Notes: generated by a model from the letters alone, not told the origin. DNA of 63,316 nucleotides, filler included, from Chlamydiia bacterium (GCA_903848235.1; 12 parts of 12 records of this genome joined end to end with filler, not necessarily neighbours in it), one strand, 5' to 3'; shown: positions 9,573 through 20,968, numbered from the whole stretch's first letter. Numbers and translations: made by a program.

Positions 9573-10568
9573 GTGACCATGGGCTTTTTTCGTTACGTCT
9601 TCTTGATATGCGTTCTCCATTTGATGCCGGATGCGCTGATAGCACTCGGAAGAGACTGTATTATTTCCCCTTCTTCCTCATATCCATCACACTGTAGCCA
9701 AGAACGGTTTCGAGAATTCGTCAATGAAAAGAACTTTCGCCCTGCTATTGCGCTGATTGATCAATGGGTGCAGGAATCCAAAAATCCCACGGCAACCGCG
9801 TTTTTATACGTTGAGAAAGCAAAGATTCTCTATGCCGATCAACAGCATGCTGAGGCGCAAGAGCTGTTTTTACAGGCTTTACAAACTCTCCCTACATCAT
9901 CACAGGGTAAGATCTCTGCTGCTGAGAAAAATGCCTTTGACAAGCTTTTCCCAAGTTATGAAGAGGCCTCGGTGTCTCCAGAAGCCTGTTCCCGCCTTCT
10001 TGAAGAGTCTGAAGCTGTGTATAAGAACCACCCTGAATTTGAATCGATTGAACATTATATTGCAGCATGCCTTGCAAATCGCGGGCAGTTTATTGAGTTT
10101 TTCGACCGCTTTTTTCATGCCTTTCAGGTGCGTCGAGATTGTTTTTTGACTTATAAGACAATAGGCGTACTCCATCTACGACTGTTCGAAGCATCGTCGA
10201 GTGAAGAGAGACGCCAGATGCATCGGCAGGAGGCTGTGATTTGTTTGAAAGAGGCTTTTTCTCGCGAGCCGAAAGACTCAACGCTGTTGGTGAAATTAGT
10301 CTTTATCCTCCCCCCGATGGAAAAACAAATCCTGCTACGTAGTGTCAGCGTAGAACTGACGAAACTCCAAACGCCCATTCGACGTATGGATTGCTTTTTT
10401 CTGATTCAGCAGGCGATGGATGTCGGGGAGTTAGAGGTTGCAAAGCAGCTGATAGAGAAAGCCCATTCCTGGTATCAGTATAGCAGAGCGCTCCATGAGC
10501 TTTCTGATCAGCTGAGCGCCCTGGAAGCTTTTGATACTGGAAATCCTAATATCGAAAGAAGATATTGA
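9573..10568 (+). CDS. TPR-like alpha-helical protein with signal peptide
   Basis: Repeated amphipathic helices with Ala/Tyr/Leu pattern; hydrophobic N-terminus. Confidence 0.6.
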   Translation: MTMGFFRYVFLICVLHLMPDALIALGRDCIISPSSSYPSHCSQERFREFVNEKNFRPAIALIDQWVQESKNPTATAFLYVEKAKILYADQQHAEAQELFLQALQTLPTSSQGKISAAEKNAFDKLFPSYEEASVSPEACSRLLEESEAVYKNHPEFESIEHYIAACLANRGQFIEFFDRFFHAFQVRRDCFLTYKTIGVLHLRLFEASSSEERRQMHRQEAVICLKEAFSREPKDSTLLVKLVFILPPMEKQILLRSVSVELTKLQTPIRRMDCFFLIQQAMDVGELEVAKQLIEKAHSWYQYSRALHELSDQLSALEAFDTGNPNIERRY

Positions 10569-10707
10569 TGTTGTATATATACCGGTGACAGTTGAAAGTT
10601 GGACATACCGATTCTTGAACAAGAAGAGGTATAGATGCCGAAGAAAAAGTCCGCAGATTCGATTCCAAAGACCAGGTAATACACAGTATAACGAAGTCGA
10701 GAGCACC

Positions 10708-12501
10708 ATGCGTTTAGAAGAAGGCAGAACCCTCGGAGACTGGCTCTTATTGAAGCACTTAGGGCAAGGGCCATTAGGGCACGTGTATTTTGCAGAACAT
10801 CGGTTTACGAAGAAGAAGGGGGCTCTCAAAATCCTCCCTGAAGAGCTGTCTGCAGACCGTGCATTTCTTGCTCGTTTTGAAGAAGAGGTGATTCAAGCCT
10901 CAACGATCGAACATCCTGGTATTACGAAGACCTTTAACGCTTCATTTGTCGACGGTCTGTATTTTGTATCCACGGAATGCGTTGTTGACGCGCAGCAAGA
11001 GACCCGAAATCTTGCCCAGTTTCTTGCCGGCCGTAGGCCGACACAGCAAGAGGTGCTGAAAGTAGCAGAACAGGTCGCGGCAGCGCTCGACCATGTGCAC
11101 AACTACCGTGGGGGAGGAAAAGATGCTCTGGCACACGGCAACTTAAAGCCTAATAATATTATGATTGCGGAGTCTACGCCATCAGGACCTATGGTGAAGA
11201 TCGCTGACTTCGGACTCTTTCGCATGATCGGCTGCGGGAATGTCCTCCTTCGAAGTTATAAAGCTGCTGTGGAGCAGCTCGCTGTCCACGATTCCTTTCT
11301 AACAGCGCGTGTTGGCACAGATCGCTATCCAACGTCTGCTGCTGAAACACAGCACTATGAAGACCTTCTTGCGTCTCTTGCGCAAAACCTCCATTTTCTT
11401 TCTCCTGAACAGCGTCAGGGAAATTGGTCTGACCCTGTAGCTGCCGATATCTGGGCTTTTGGCGTCCTTCTCTTCTGGATGCTTTTTGGCAGCTATCCAG
11501 AAGGAGCATGGGATTCTGAAGAGCGGTTTGGCGGAGGTATTGTAGACTGGGAGACGATCATCAGAAGCTGCGTAGCATTAGACCCTGCAAAGCGTCCGCT
11601 GCGCCTTCTTCCCTTTTTCCATACGGCAAAGGCAGTTCCGTCCCGCCCGCCAATCGTTGAAGCTACGGCGCCGCAAAAAATCCCTTCTATCTTCGCGCAG
11701 TCCGTTGTCATCCAAGATGCGTCAGACCGACAGATAAAAGAATATGCCCCTGAGAAGAGAGATCCAAAGGGTGTTGTCCCATTACTCTCAGAAGTATCGC
11801 ATATCCAAGAGGGGGTCTATTATCGAGGATCGAATCAAGGGTGCCGTGATGAGATTCCGCGCCATCCAGTACGCATAGGAAGCTTTTGCATTGACGTGCA
11901 TCCTGTGACCAATGAGCAGTTTGTCCGATTTTTAGATTTTCTTGGGGATGAAAAAGACCATCAAAATCACGATATCATCCGTCTGAAAGACTCTCGCATC
12001 AAACGCACGTCAGGCAGGTTTACTATCGAACGCGGCTATGGAAAGCATCCTGTCGTTGGCGTGACGTGGTATGGTGCTATGGGATATTGCAAGTGGGTTG
12101 GCAAGCGCCTTCCTACAGAGGCAGAATGGGAAGTTGCCTGCTGTGGTGGTCTTGAGCATCCTACATATCCTACGGGAGAAGATATTGAAAAAACGCAGGC
12201 GAATTTCTTCAGCTCTGACACCACGGCTGTGATGAGCTACCCTCCAAATGGCTTTGGCAACTATGACATGGCAGGCAATGTCTATGAGTGGTGCTCTGAC
12301 TGGTATGAGTACAACTACTATGAATATAGCGCTCAAGAGCCAGACTTTCCCAAAGGGCCGATCCAAGGCGTATATCGCGTTCTCAGAGGCGGTTGCTGGA
12401 AGAGTCTAAAAGAAGATCTTCGTTGTTCAAAGCGCCATCGCAATAACCCGGGCGCTGCGAACGGAACGTATGGGTTCCGTTGCGCTCAAGATGCGCCGTA
12501 G
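10708..12501 (+). CDS. pkn1: Chlamydial Pkn1-type kinase / FGE-sulfatase (SUMF1) domain fusion
   Basis: Kinase motifs (ALKIL, KIADFG, SPE, DIWAFG) followed by HPVTNEQF, KRLPTEAEWE, YDMAGNVYEW, RGGCW, GFRCA. Confidence 0.88.
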   Translation: MRLEEGRTLGDWLLLKHLGQGPLGHVYFAEHRFTKKKGALKILPEELSADRAFLARFEEEVIQASTIEHPGITKTFNASFVDGLYFVSTECVVDAQQETRNLAQFLAGRRPTQQEVLKVAEQVAAALDHVHNYRGGGKDALAHGNLKPNNIMIAESTPSGPMVKIADFGLFRMIGCGNVLLRSYKAAVEQLAVHDSFLTARVGTDRYPTSAAETQHYEDLLASLAQNLHFLSPEQRQGNWSDPVAADIWAFGVLLFWMLFGSYPEGAWDSEERFGGGIVDWETIIRSCVALDPAKRPLRLLPFFHTAKAVPSRPPIVEATAPQKIPSIFAQSVVIQDASDRQIKEYAPEKRDPKGVVPLLSEVSHIQEGVYYRGSNQGCRDEIPRHPVRIGSFCIDVHPVTNEQFVRFLDFLGDEKDHQNHDIIRLKDSRIKRTSGRFTIERGYGKHPVVGVTWYGAMGYCKWVGKRLPTEAEWEVACCGGLEHPTYPTGEDIEKTQANFFSSDTTAVMSYPPNGFGNYDMAGNVYEWCSDWYEYNYYEYSAQEPDFPKGPIQGVYRVLRGGCWKSLKEDLRCSKRHRNNPGAANGTYGFRCAQDAP

Positions 12502-12739
12502 TGATTGGAAATTTTTTTTTAGTCTCTAGCGCAAAACTCCATACATGTACTTGTGTTCTTTGCTGGTAAGTGCGGCGATTTTGAGATGAAGTGTGTGAGC
12601 GGATTATCAGACGCTCTCTAGTCTTTCTCAGTAAAAACAGAGCGGCCATTTTCCTTGAACGGGGTGGTTTTTCATGATATACTTCTCACTTTGAGGGTTA
12701 GGGTGTCCCTTCCTCTGTGTTGGTACGAGATGCCCGTCA

Positions 12740-13096
12740 TTGCCGAGGTATTCATTGTCTTCTCGTTTTGATCGTCCAGAGCATGCTCACGATGGACCAT
12801 CGACAACATCGCGGCAGCTCAAAGACTTGGCACGACGGTATTTAGCACACTTAGAACAGAAATTGCAGACGAAGCCAAGAGAGATTCTTGAGCTGTGGCC
12901 TCAAGTGATAGGGCCGGCCTTTGCAGGTATGACGCGGGCGGAGAAGTTTGAACAAGGCGTGTTGCACGTGAGAGTGAGGAATTCCTCTCTGTTGAGTTTG
13001 TTGCATAGTGTCTCAGAACGAAAGAGGCTTGTAGATGCGTTACGCACAGAAGTCCCAGACGTTGAGATTGTAGATATTTCGTTTCGTATTGGATAA
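12740..13096 (+). CDS. DUF721 / DciA-family protein
   Basis: WPQVIGPAFA..T....GVLHVRV; position upstream of gyrB as in Chlamydiae. Confidence 0.8.
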   Translation: MPRYSLSSRFDRPEHAHDGPSTTSRQLKDLARRYLAHLEQKLQTKPREILELWPQVIGPAFAGMTRAEKFEQGVLHVRVRNSSLLSLLHSVSERKRLVDALRTEVPDVEIVDISFRIG

Positions 13097-13109
13097 AAAA
13101 AACAACCAC

Positions 13110-14612
<1,503 letters not shown>

Positions 14613-14842
14613 NNNNNNNNNNNNNNNNNNNNNNNNNNNNNNNNNNNNNNNNNNNNTTAATTAATTAANNNNNNNNNNNNNNNNNNNNNNNNNNNNNNNN
14701 NNNNNNNNNNNNAAGAGAGGACTTGAAGAATAAGAGAGTTTATTTTACTTTGAGGAAATGAACCTCTTGTGTAAACTCACTAACGTTCTAGGCGAACATT
14801 TCTTGTTGTCCTACACCTTGCCGGGTGCGGCGACTCAATCTT

Positions 14843-14871
14843 AGGCCCAGTGTAACAGCTGGGCCTTTTTT
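14843..14871 (+). terminator. Intrinsic terminator
   Basis: aggcccag-tgtaacag-ctgggcct followed by T-tract. Confidence 0.7.
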
Positions 14872-14928
14872 ATTCCCTTGTTTCCAATTTACTTGTTTCG
14901 TATCATCATCCCTCCATTTGGAGGAACT

Positions 14929-15363
14929 ATGATTACGGATTATATTTTCGATACGATGCATGAATTCAAAGAAATGTTCAAGAGATTGTTTGTCTTTAAG
15001 AAGAAGTTGAAGGCGCTGGAAAACTTTTCTGAGACGACAAATTTCTCCCACAAAAATCAACTAAAGTTGCTTCGTGACTGTGTTGAATCAGGAATTCCTG
15101 ATGAAAAAGATGAGGAATATCTTTCTCATTTGCTGAACCGGTACCAACTTAGATGGCTGGATTGGGCGCATAAGACGAATTGGCTCAAAGCGGAGATTAA
15201 ACGGCACTCTTGCCGAATGCCCAAACAAGCGCCAGCAGTCGCTAAAGGACCATTTCAATTCTCATTGTTTGAATGGGGCGATAGACAGAAACAACAAACT
15301 AGCAATGTGCCCGTTGAACTGCTAAATCGCACAGGGACCCACGGAACACGAACGCATATTTAA
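14929..15363 (+). CDS. Phage hypothetical protein
   Basis: GGAGG RBS before ATG 14929; 144 aa. Confidence 0.6.
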   Translation: MITDYIFDTMHEFKEMFKRLFVFKKKLKALENFSETTNFSHKNQLKLLRDCVESGIPDEKDEEYLSHLLNRYQLRWLDWAHKTNWLKAEIKRHSCRMPKQAPAVAKGPFQFSLFEWGDRQKQQTSNVPVELLNRTGTHGTRTHI

Positions 15364-15372
15364 AAGGAAATT

Positions 15373-15840
15373 ATGATTTGGATTGGATTATCTGTGCTAT
15401 TATGCGCAGTTCTTTGTTATATGATTATTAAAAAAGTGGAAAGAATTAATATGTTAGTAAGCAGCCAATGTTTGGATATATTTAATCTTAAGCAAGCATT
15501 TGGCGAATTTCAAAAGGATAGCGACTATCGTCTGACGGAATGGGGCAAAGAGCTGAAGGTGTGCATACTATCGCTTCAGGCGGATGTCCTCAGAAGTAAA
15601 ATCGCGTCGCCGATAAAAGAAGTAATAGAAGAGAAAAAAAGACAAGCTAGACGCCCTTTATCAGAAGAAGCAAAGAAAAAGCAGGCCGAGAGACGGCGAG
15701 AATTAAGAGCACAAAAAAAAGAGGCCGAACAAGTTAATGCTCCGCCTCTTGAAATAAAGAAAGTGAGAGTCCGCGCCCCCTCTTTCTTTAATAATTACAC
15801 AGCAACGGAAGTTGAAGAGTCCAGCAGTGACCTCAAATAA
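15373..15840 (+). CDS. Phage hypothetical protein, N-terminal TM plus basic coiled coil
   Basis: AAGGA RBS; hydrophobic first 20 aa; K/R/E-rich helix. Confidence 0.6.
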   Translation: MIWIGLSVLLCAVLCYMIIKKVERINMLVSSQCLDIFNLKQAFGEFQKDSDYRLTEWGKELKVCILSLQADVLRSKIASPIKEVIEEKKRQARRPLSEEAKKKQAERRRELRAQKKEAEQVNAPPLEIKKVRVRAPSFFNNYTATEVEESSSDLK

Positions 15841-16556
15841 GATTCCTTGAATTGTGCTATGCGTTCGGGGCGCAAAGCTGCTTCAATGACATCGATAATA
15901 GGGGTCTCTTTGCCTGTCTTCTTAGCGGACTTCTTGCTCAGGGCATCTAGAAACTCTTGAAGATGGGAGGTGTCTATTCCGTCTATCTCTAGATGCTCTT
16001 TTAATGTTTCGAAAGGGGAGCCGACGGGTGTCGATTGAGGCTGAGAATCTTCTTCTTCTCTGCCGTCTGAATCGGCCCAGGGATTGCCACCATCGAAAAG
16101 CGCCTCTAAGTTTACTGGGCATTCTTTCATTTTCGCTTTGATTTCGTCTGAAATCGGCTTCTTTTTATCAGCGATAACCATGTATTGCGTCAGCTTTCCT
16201 TCGCCACTTCTGAAGATTTTTATGTCAAACTCATCCAAATCACCGTATTTGGGGTCATCTATGAAGTCTCTAAGGGCATTCAGAACTGAAGCCTGCCTTA
16301 TCTCCAGCACTCCCAACTCTTCGTTGATTATATCCCATGCCCAAAACGCCCAGAAGCTCTTTATGGGTTTTGTTGCAACAATTGGTTTCTTGGGGCATTC
16401 GTTATCTCTAAATCGGACTGGCTTATGGTCTAATGTCCAATCTTCCCATCCAATGATAGGAAGAGAAACAAGCCGAAACGCGTTTTCCCCTTTCTCAATG
16501 TTTAAATATTTGCTTTTCTTTTTTGGTCTGTATCCTGGCAATTTATACCTGCTCAT
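15795..16556 (-). CDS. Putative phage ssDNA-binding/annealing protein (gp32-like)
   Basis: YGDLDEFDIKIFRSGEGKLTQYMV pattern, acidic linker, same operon as exonuclease. Confidence 0.55.
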   Translation of the reverse strand: MSRYKLPGYRPKKKSKYLNIEKGENAFRLVSLPIIGWEDWTLDHKPVRFRDNECPKKPIVATKPIKSFWAFWAWDIINEELGVLEIRQASVLNALRDFIDDPKYGDLDEFDIKIFRSGEGKLTQYMVIADKKKPISDEIKAKMKECPVNLEALFDGGNPWADSDGREEEDSQPQSTPVGSPFETLKEHLEIDGIDTSHLQEFLDALSKKSAKKTGKETPIIDVIEAALRPERIAQFKESYLRSLLDSSTSVAV

Positions 16557-16558
16557 GT

Positions 16559-17170
16559 TTACCTTGTTCTTAATTGTGTAGTTGTTTCGTTATAGACTTC
16601 TATACCAGGTATCGTTTCAACACCCAGCTTTAAGTCTCTTTTAATTGCTTCTTCGTTAATCATCAAGTATTTAATAGGCACTTTTGCAATGTCCAACAAG
16701 CGAAACCGCTTCTCGGACTTCTTTATCATCATGGCGCCTTCTCCACGGATAATGTTTTTGACAGGCTCAATTTCAAAGGGCTCATCACACCCAAAAAGAG
16801 AGGCGATAGCATTTAAATCAGCCTCGCGCTTCTTCTTGAGGTCTTCCAAAAGCAACATGTACTTGCCCGTCTTGGCATTGGCCAGCTCAATCACCTCGTC
16901 AAGGGGCTCAGTGACTTCTTTAGCCTTGTCGTTGATGCGAGCCAGCTCATTCCGCAGGGGCTCCGTTAACTTCTTCCTTAGGGATTCTACGACCTTTTTC
17001 AAGTCTTTCGCCTTGCGGTAAACAGAAGTCATCGACTTGTACTCGGATTCCGTTGAGACGACGAGAGACGAGGCATAAGACACCAGGTCAGAGACGACTT
17101 TTTTAACGGGGCTCTCTTCCTCCTCATTCAAACAAATGGTGAATGCGGGCTCTTCACACGTCATCGTCAT
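16559..17170 (-). CDS. Phage coiled-coil protein (Gp157/Gam-like, recombination module)
   Basis: Long coiled coil, C-terminal VPIKYLMINE..IPGIEVY motif. Confidence 0.6.
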   Translation of the reverse strand: MTMTCEEPAFTICLNEEEESPVKKVVSDLVSYASSLVVSTESEYKSMTSVYRKAKDLKKVVESLRKKLTEPLRNELARINDKAKEVTEPLDEVIELANAKTGKYMLLLEDLKKKREADLNAIASLFGCDEPFEIEPVKNIIRGEGAMMIKKSEKRFRLLDIAKVPIKYLMINEEAIKRDLKLGVETIPGIEVYNETTTQLRTR

Positions 17171-17336
17171 GATAAACCTCTTTGGGCGTTGTGATTACCA
17201 TCGCACATATGGGGCATACCCACACCATCTGGCGCGGGTGAAGGTCCATTATCTCTGCACAAGCAGGGCATTCGCATTCTGGGAACTCGTGAAACTCTGC
17301 GGGGTCTAATTGATGATCCAACATATTAATAGCCAT
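17154..17336 (-). CDS. Small Zn-ribbon protein
   Basis: CPAC...CPIC. Confidence 0.55.
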   Translation of the reverse strand: MAINMLDHQLDPAEFHEFPECECPACAEIMDLHPRQMVWVCPICAMVITTPKEVYHDDDV

Positions 17337-17623
17337 AGGTTGTCTTTTCCCCAGAGTTAGCAGGATTTGATAAAAGTTTAAACGATTTCATGAGCTGGTC
17401 ACTGAAGAACCGCTCGGCATTTATTTTTGATGACTCCGAAACAAGCGCTTCGGCCTTGGAATCGGATTGCAGGAATTGGTTTACGTAATTGTCTAGATTT
17501 TCTATATTCATGATTGACTGAGTTCTCCTAAGTTTTCTTAGTCTCCCCGTGACTTTATCCACGGGGATTTAATCTCGTTTGAGATTGCTCAGAATCTTGC
17601 CACATTTTGCCATTTTGTGGCAA

Positions 17624-18181
17624 TCACTTTTTCTCAGTTTTCCAGAAATCTTCTATGGCAGTCATGCATTTTTGATGAATATAAGAGTCGAGTTTATAGG
17701 CGTGAACCTTGGGGTCTAGCCCGTCTTTATTGAGACGAAGAAACAGGAAGCGGTCACCAACATCAACTTTGTTTTTTAAAAGCAAATATCGATAAAGATG
17801 CCCTTGCATACCCCATGAAACGGGGGATTCTTGCACAGATGTTTTGAAGTCCATTAGGACTGGTACAAGTTCGTCTGGCATCTTTATAATGGCATCAATT
17901 TGCCCAGTCAACATCTTGTCTTGGCAAAAGAAGCGCTTCTCCCATTGGAGAAATTTAGGTTTTATTTCTTTTTTCCATCTAAGATAACTGTTGAAGTAGC
18001 CCCGAGTCTCATCTGAGGGGATAACGAATTCCCCATCCAAGTCATCAGCAATTAACTTGTGCACCTCTGTCCCTATGCGCGCCTTATTATCCAGTACAAC
18101 AGGGTCAATATGTCCAAAACAACAGAATGGCCGAATGATATCAGACACCCTTGCATACAGTTTACCTTCATATTCGAACAT
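17624..18181 (-). CDS. PD-(D/E)XK phage exonuclease
   Basis: RVSDII, GTEVH, GQIDAI, LMDFKTS, Q..LY motifs. Confidence 0.8.
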   Translation of the reverse strand: MFEYEGKLYARVSDIIRPFCCFGHIDPVVLDNKARIGTEVHKLIADDLDGEFVIPSDETRGYFNSYLRWKKEIKPKFLQWEKRFFCQDKMLTGQIDAIIKMPDELVPVLMDFKTSVQESPVSWGMQGHLYRYLLLKNKVDVGDRFLFLRLNKDGLDPKVHAYKLDSYIHQKCMTAIEDFWKTEKK

Positions 18182-18206
18182 TTTAAACCGCCATTGAGAG
18201 TTTCGA

Positions 18207-18235
18207 TTGACTTTAACATTCCCACTTTTTATCAT
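18207..18235 (+). promoter_or_regulatory. Sigma70-type promoter for the Cro-like operon
   Basis: TTGACT-17 nt-TATCAT in divergent intergenic region. Confidence 0.65.
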
Positions 18236-18264
18236 CAACTGGGAAAAAGAATGGAAAATTACTT

Positions 18265-18459
18265 ATGCAGCCTAATAAATATTTTGTTTCGGAAGGGGTT
18301 AATGTCGTAGAATTTGCCGTCAAATCTCACGTTGGCGTCAGCACGATGTATAGATACTTAAGGGGAGAAAGCTGCCCATCGCGAGAAAGAGCAAAGTTTC
18401 TTGAAAAGATGACGAAAGGAAAAGTAACAGCAGCAGAATGGAGGAATTGTGACGGATAA
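18265..18459 (+). CDS. Cro/XRE-like HTH regulator
   Basis: EFAVKSHVGVSTMYRYLRG...TKGKVT pattern. Confidence 0.75.
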   Translation: MQPNKYFVSEGVNVVEFAVKSHVGVSTMYRYLRGESCPSRERAKFLEKMTKGKVTAAEWRNCDG

Positions 18460-18889
18460 AAAGGATCCAGTTGAATTTAACGATTTACGCGAAGTGATGG
18501 CCTATGCTCACGTGGGCAGGCAAGCACTTTATCTTGCTATTAGCAAAGGAGCACTAAAGGCAACAAAGAAAGGCCGCAAATGGACCATCTTCCTGAAGGA
18601 CCTAGAAGAGTACCGTTTAAATAAATATAATCGCGACAAGAGAAAAGTGGATGGAGAGCCCGTCTTTGATGTTGAAAAAGGATTTTTCTCGGTTTTCCAC
18701 GTCGCAAAGATATTGAGCCGTGAATTGGGATACAATTATAAAACGCAGCGGATTTATTACTTAATCCAACATGGCCGTCTTAAGGCAATGAAAAAGGGAA
18801 GCGCTTGGGTCATCGCTAAAGAAGACCTTGCTCTCTTGTTAACCGAGGAATTGATGATGAGACGCTTCTCAGAAAAAGCAGCAGATTAA
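18449..18889 (+). CDS. Tandem HTH (excisionase/MerR-like) DNA-binding protein
   Basis: Two repeats: LYLAISKGALKATKKGRKWTI and IYYLIQHGRLKAMKKGSAWVI. Confidence 0.75.
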   Translation: MTDKKDPVEFNDLREVMAYAHVGRQALYLAISKGALKATKKGRKWTIFLKDLEEYRLNKYNRDKRKVDGEPVFDVEKGFFSVFHVAKILSRELGYNYKTQRIYYLIQHGRLKAMKKGSAWVIAKEDLALLLTEELMMRRFSEKAAD

Positions 18890-18959
18890 ATAATCTAATC
18901 CCCTTTACCTAAATTAAGGACATCGTTATTTCTGGGTTTTATACTCAGGTCAAATAACG

Positions 18960-19400
18960 ATGTTTCAATTCGAAATATTCTACCCATTAGCAGCGCAGAA
19001 GCAGACTCGCTGGACCAAAGATGGTCATGCATATGACCCCTCCAAGAAAGACAAAGAACGCATCCAATGGCAGATTAGGCCAACAGCTCCAGCTGTTCCA
19101 TTATCTCAGCCAGTCGAATTAACCATCATTTTCTTTTTTAAGGTGCCAAAAAGCGCGTCTCGCCTGTTAAGGGCACAGATGCTCAACCGTGTCATTTTAC
19201 CCGATAAAAAGCCCGATGCAGACAATCTAGCGTACCTTGTCAGCAACGCATTAAAAGAATTAGTTTACGACGACGATAAACGCGTCTGTGCTGAGCACAT
19301 CTACAAGTTCTATGGTCCAGAAGAAAAGACGGTCATTCGTGTACGTCCCATTTTACAAGCTGAGCCGCTCGGTCTTCGGGATGTGGATGATATAATATGA
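18960..19400 (+). CDS. rusA: RusA-family Holliday junction resolvase
   Basis: KPDADNL...DAL-like (NALKELVYDDD), K.Y motif. Confidence 0.85.
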   Translation: MFQFEIFYPLAAQKQTRWTKDGHAYDPSKKDKERIQWQIRPTAPAVPLSQPVELTIIFFFKVPKSASRLLRAQMLNRVILPDKKPDADNLAYLVSNALKELVYDDDKRVCAEHIYKFYGPEEKTVIRVRPILQAEPLGLRDVDDII

Positions 19401-19708
19401 GGGTGATATTCGAAGAGGACATAGAAAATGAGGACTTCTTGGAAATCATCCTACGAGAAGAAGAACTAGAGAAAATAGGCCAAAAGGGATTGGTGAACTT
19501 CTTCCCCAAGGGGCTATCAGAAAGCAGAGAATTAAACGTATTTATAAGAAAAGAAAGAGAGGAAATTATGCCGTTAGTAAAAGGCGCTAAAGCCAAAACA
19601 AAGAAAGGATTTTCTTCCAATGTGAAGAAAGAAATGGAAGCAGGCAAACCACAAAAGCAAGCTGTCGCTATCGCATACAGCGAGGCTAAACGTGGCAAAA
19701 AAAAGTAG
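19397..19708 (+). CDS. Phage protein with basic GKPQKQAVAIAYS motif (may start at internal ATG 19568)
   Basis: MPLVKG...EMEAGKPQKQAVAIAYSEA, a motif common in small phage proteins. Confidence 0.6.
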   Translation: MRVIFEEDIENEDFLEIILREEELEKIGQKGLVNFFPKGLSESRELNVFIRKEREEIMPLVKGAKAKTKKGFSSNVKKEMEAGKPQKQAVAIAYSEAKRGKKK

Positions 19709-20287
19709 CCCCATAGAACCAAAGGCTGAAGAGAAAATTGTTGCTCCGGAAGACAAAGGCGAGCAATCACTAAAGACGCTTAACGAAATCTTAAAGATGT
19801 TTTGCCATCTCTCCAATGAATTGGTGGAGGCGGTGTGGCTTTTGAAAAGAGAATCAAAAGACCTGCGGGACTTTATAGAAGAAGTCAGCAAAACAAATGC
19901 CAATGTGGACGAGACACTCGGAAACGTGCTGCTCGCCATCAGGCAAAATGAATATCTGCAAGCCCACTATCCAGCTCAACAGGGTTACCCAGAGATGAAG
20001 GTAGTCGGCAAGCATCCACTTAACATTAAAGCAAAAGGAAAAAAATGACGATAAGATGGGTATTTTATTTCGATGAAGGAAACGTAGTGGCCGATTTTGA
20101 TGATGATGTACAAGACTTGCGCGTCCAAGACTTGCTAGAAGATATGAAAGAGGGCTTCATTGCATTTCCCTCTGGCAAGATGAGCGTCTATGCCAACTTG
20201 AACAAAGTGAAATGCATCACACGAGAGCAGCTTGAAGAGAAGAAACAAGAAGACATCCCAGTCATCGAGCCAGAATTAGTTGAGTGA
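19692..20287 (+). CDS. Two coupled phage hypothetical proteins (19692-20048, 20045-20287)
   Basis: Overlapping stop/start codons in same operon. Confidence 0.55.
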
Positions 20288-20308
20288 CAATAATATGTTT
20301 CAACTCAC

Positions 20309-20337
20309 TTGCGTAAATGAGACACATGAGGTACAAT
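20309..20337 (+). promoter_or_regulatory. Sigma70-type promoter for putative sRNA
   Basis: TTGCGT-17 nt-TACAAT. Confidence 0.6.
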
Positions 20338-20343
20338 GAAGTT

Positions 20344-20420
20344 GGCGAGAGATTGAATCCCTTTCGCTGTTCATATAACTCCTCGTTTTGGGGCCCTTCT
20401 CAACTGGGGCCCTTTTCTTT
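20344..20420 (+). ncRNA. Putative phage small regulatory RNA with anti-Shine-Dalgarno linker
   Basis: 5' hairpin ggcgagag/ctttcgct, unpaired ttcatataactcctc, terminator ggggccct..ggggccc-TTTT. Confidence 0.55.
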
Positions 20421-20575
20421 AATCTGTCCGTCATCCAACCATATTAGCACCACAATCTACGTCCTTATGCAACATATGGACTATTATCAGACTTACTAGC
20501 AGTCTTTTTACGTGAAAAAATATCTGTTGTTAAAATAATTCGTCGCAAGTAAGGTAAAAATTTAGCGGCGGTGTT

Positions 20576-20968
20576 ATGGCAAAACGTACTAAAGCAATTG
20601 TACCAACCGAAGTGGTATCAAAAGATGGTACTAGCGTAGAGAAGCGCGGCCGCGGTAAGCCTCGCAAACTTATAGACGAAACAATGCTCTACAAACTGGG
20701 GCAATCAATGCTTACCGTTGAAGATATAGCCGACATATTAGGGTGCTCAGTTGATGTCATAGGGCGCCATTATAGCGGAGTTTTGCGTGATGCCAGAGCT
20801 AACCGCAAAAATAGCCTTTCGCAATCAATGTGGAAGAATGCTTTGGACAAGGAAAACGTACAGATGCAGATATGGCTGAGCAAACAGCACTTGGGCCACA
20901 AGGAATCATCTCCAGAGCAAAGCCAACAAGTCAACTTCAATATAATTGTCAACGAGGTGCCACTGTGA
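20576..20968 (+). CDS. Putative terminase small subunit
   Basis: RGRGKPRK, HTH (EDIADILGCS), NVQMQIWLSKQHLG motif; upstream of terL. Confidence 0.7.
   Translation: MAKRTKAIVPTEVVSKDGTSVEKRGRGKPRKLIDETMLYKLGQSMLTVEDIADILGCSVDVIGRHYSGVLRDARANRKNSLSQSMWKNALDKENVQMQIWLSKQHLGHKESSPEQSQQVNFNIIVNEVPL

Noticed and set aside
10531..10707. 59-aa N-terminal extension of Pkn1 as an in-frame palindromic-element insertion
   Set aside because: Starts at TTG inside the upstream gene and crosses MITE fragments; ATG 10708 gives a normal kinase start
17624..18181. Cas4 / CRISPR-associated nuclease
   Set aside because: No four-Cys Fe-S motif and lies in a phage recombination operon
20300..20374. Minus-strand 24-aa ORF (MNSERDSISRQLHCTSCVSFTQVS) as a type I toxin
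   Set aside because: Not hydrophobic; the plus-strand promoter-hairpin-terminator layout favours an sRNA, though the ORF is not excluded
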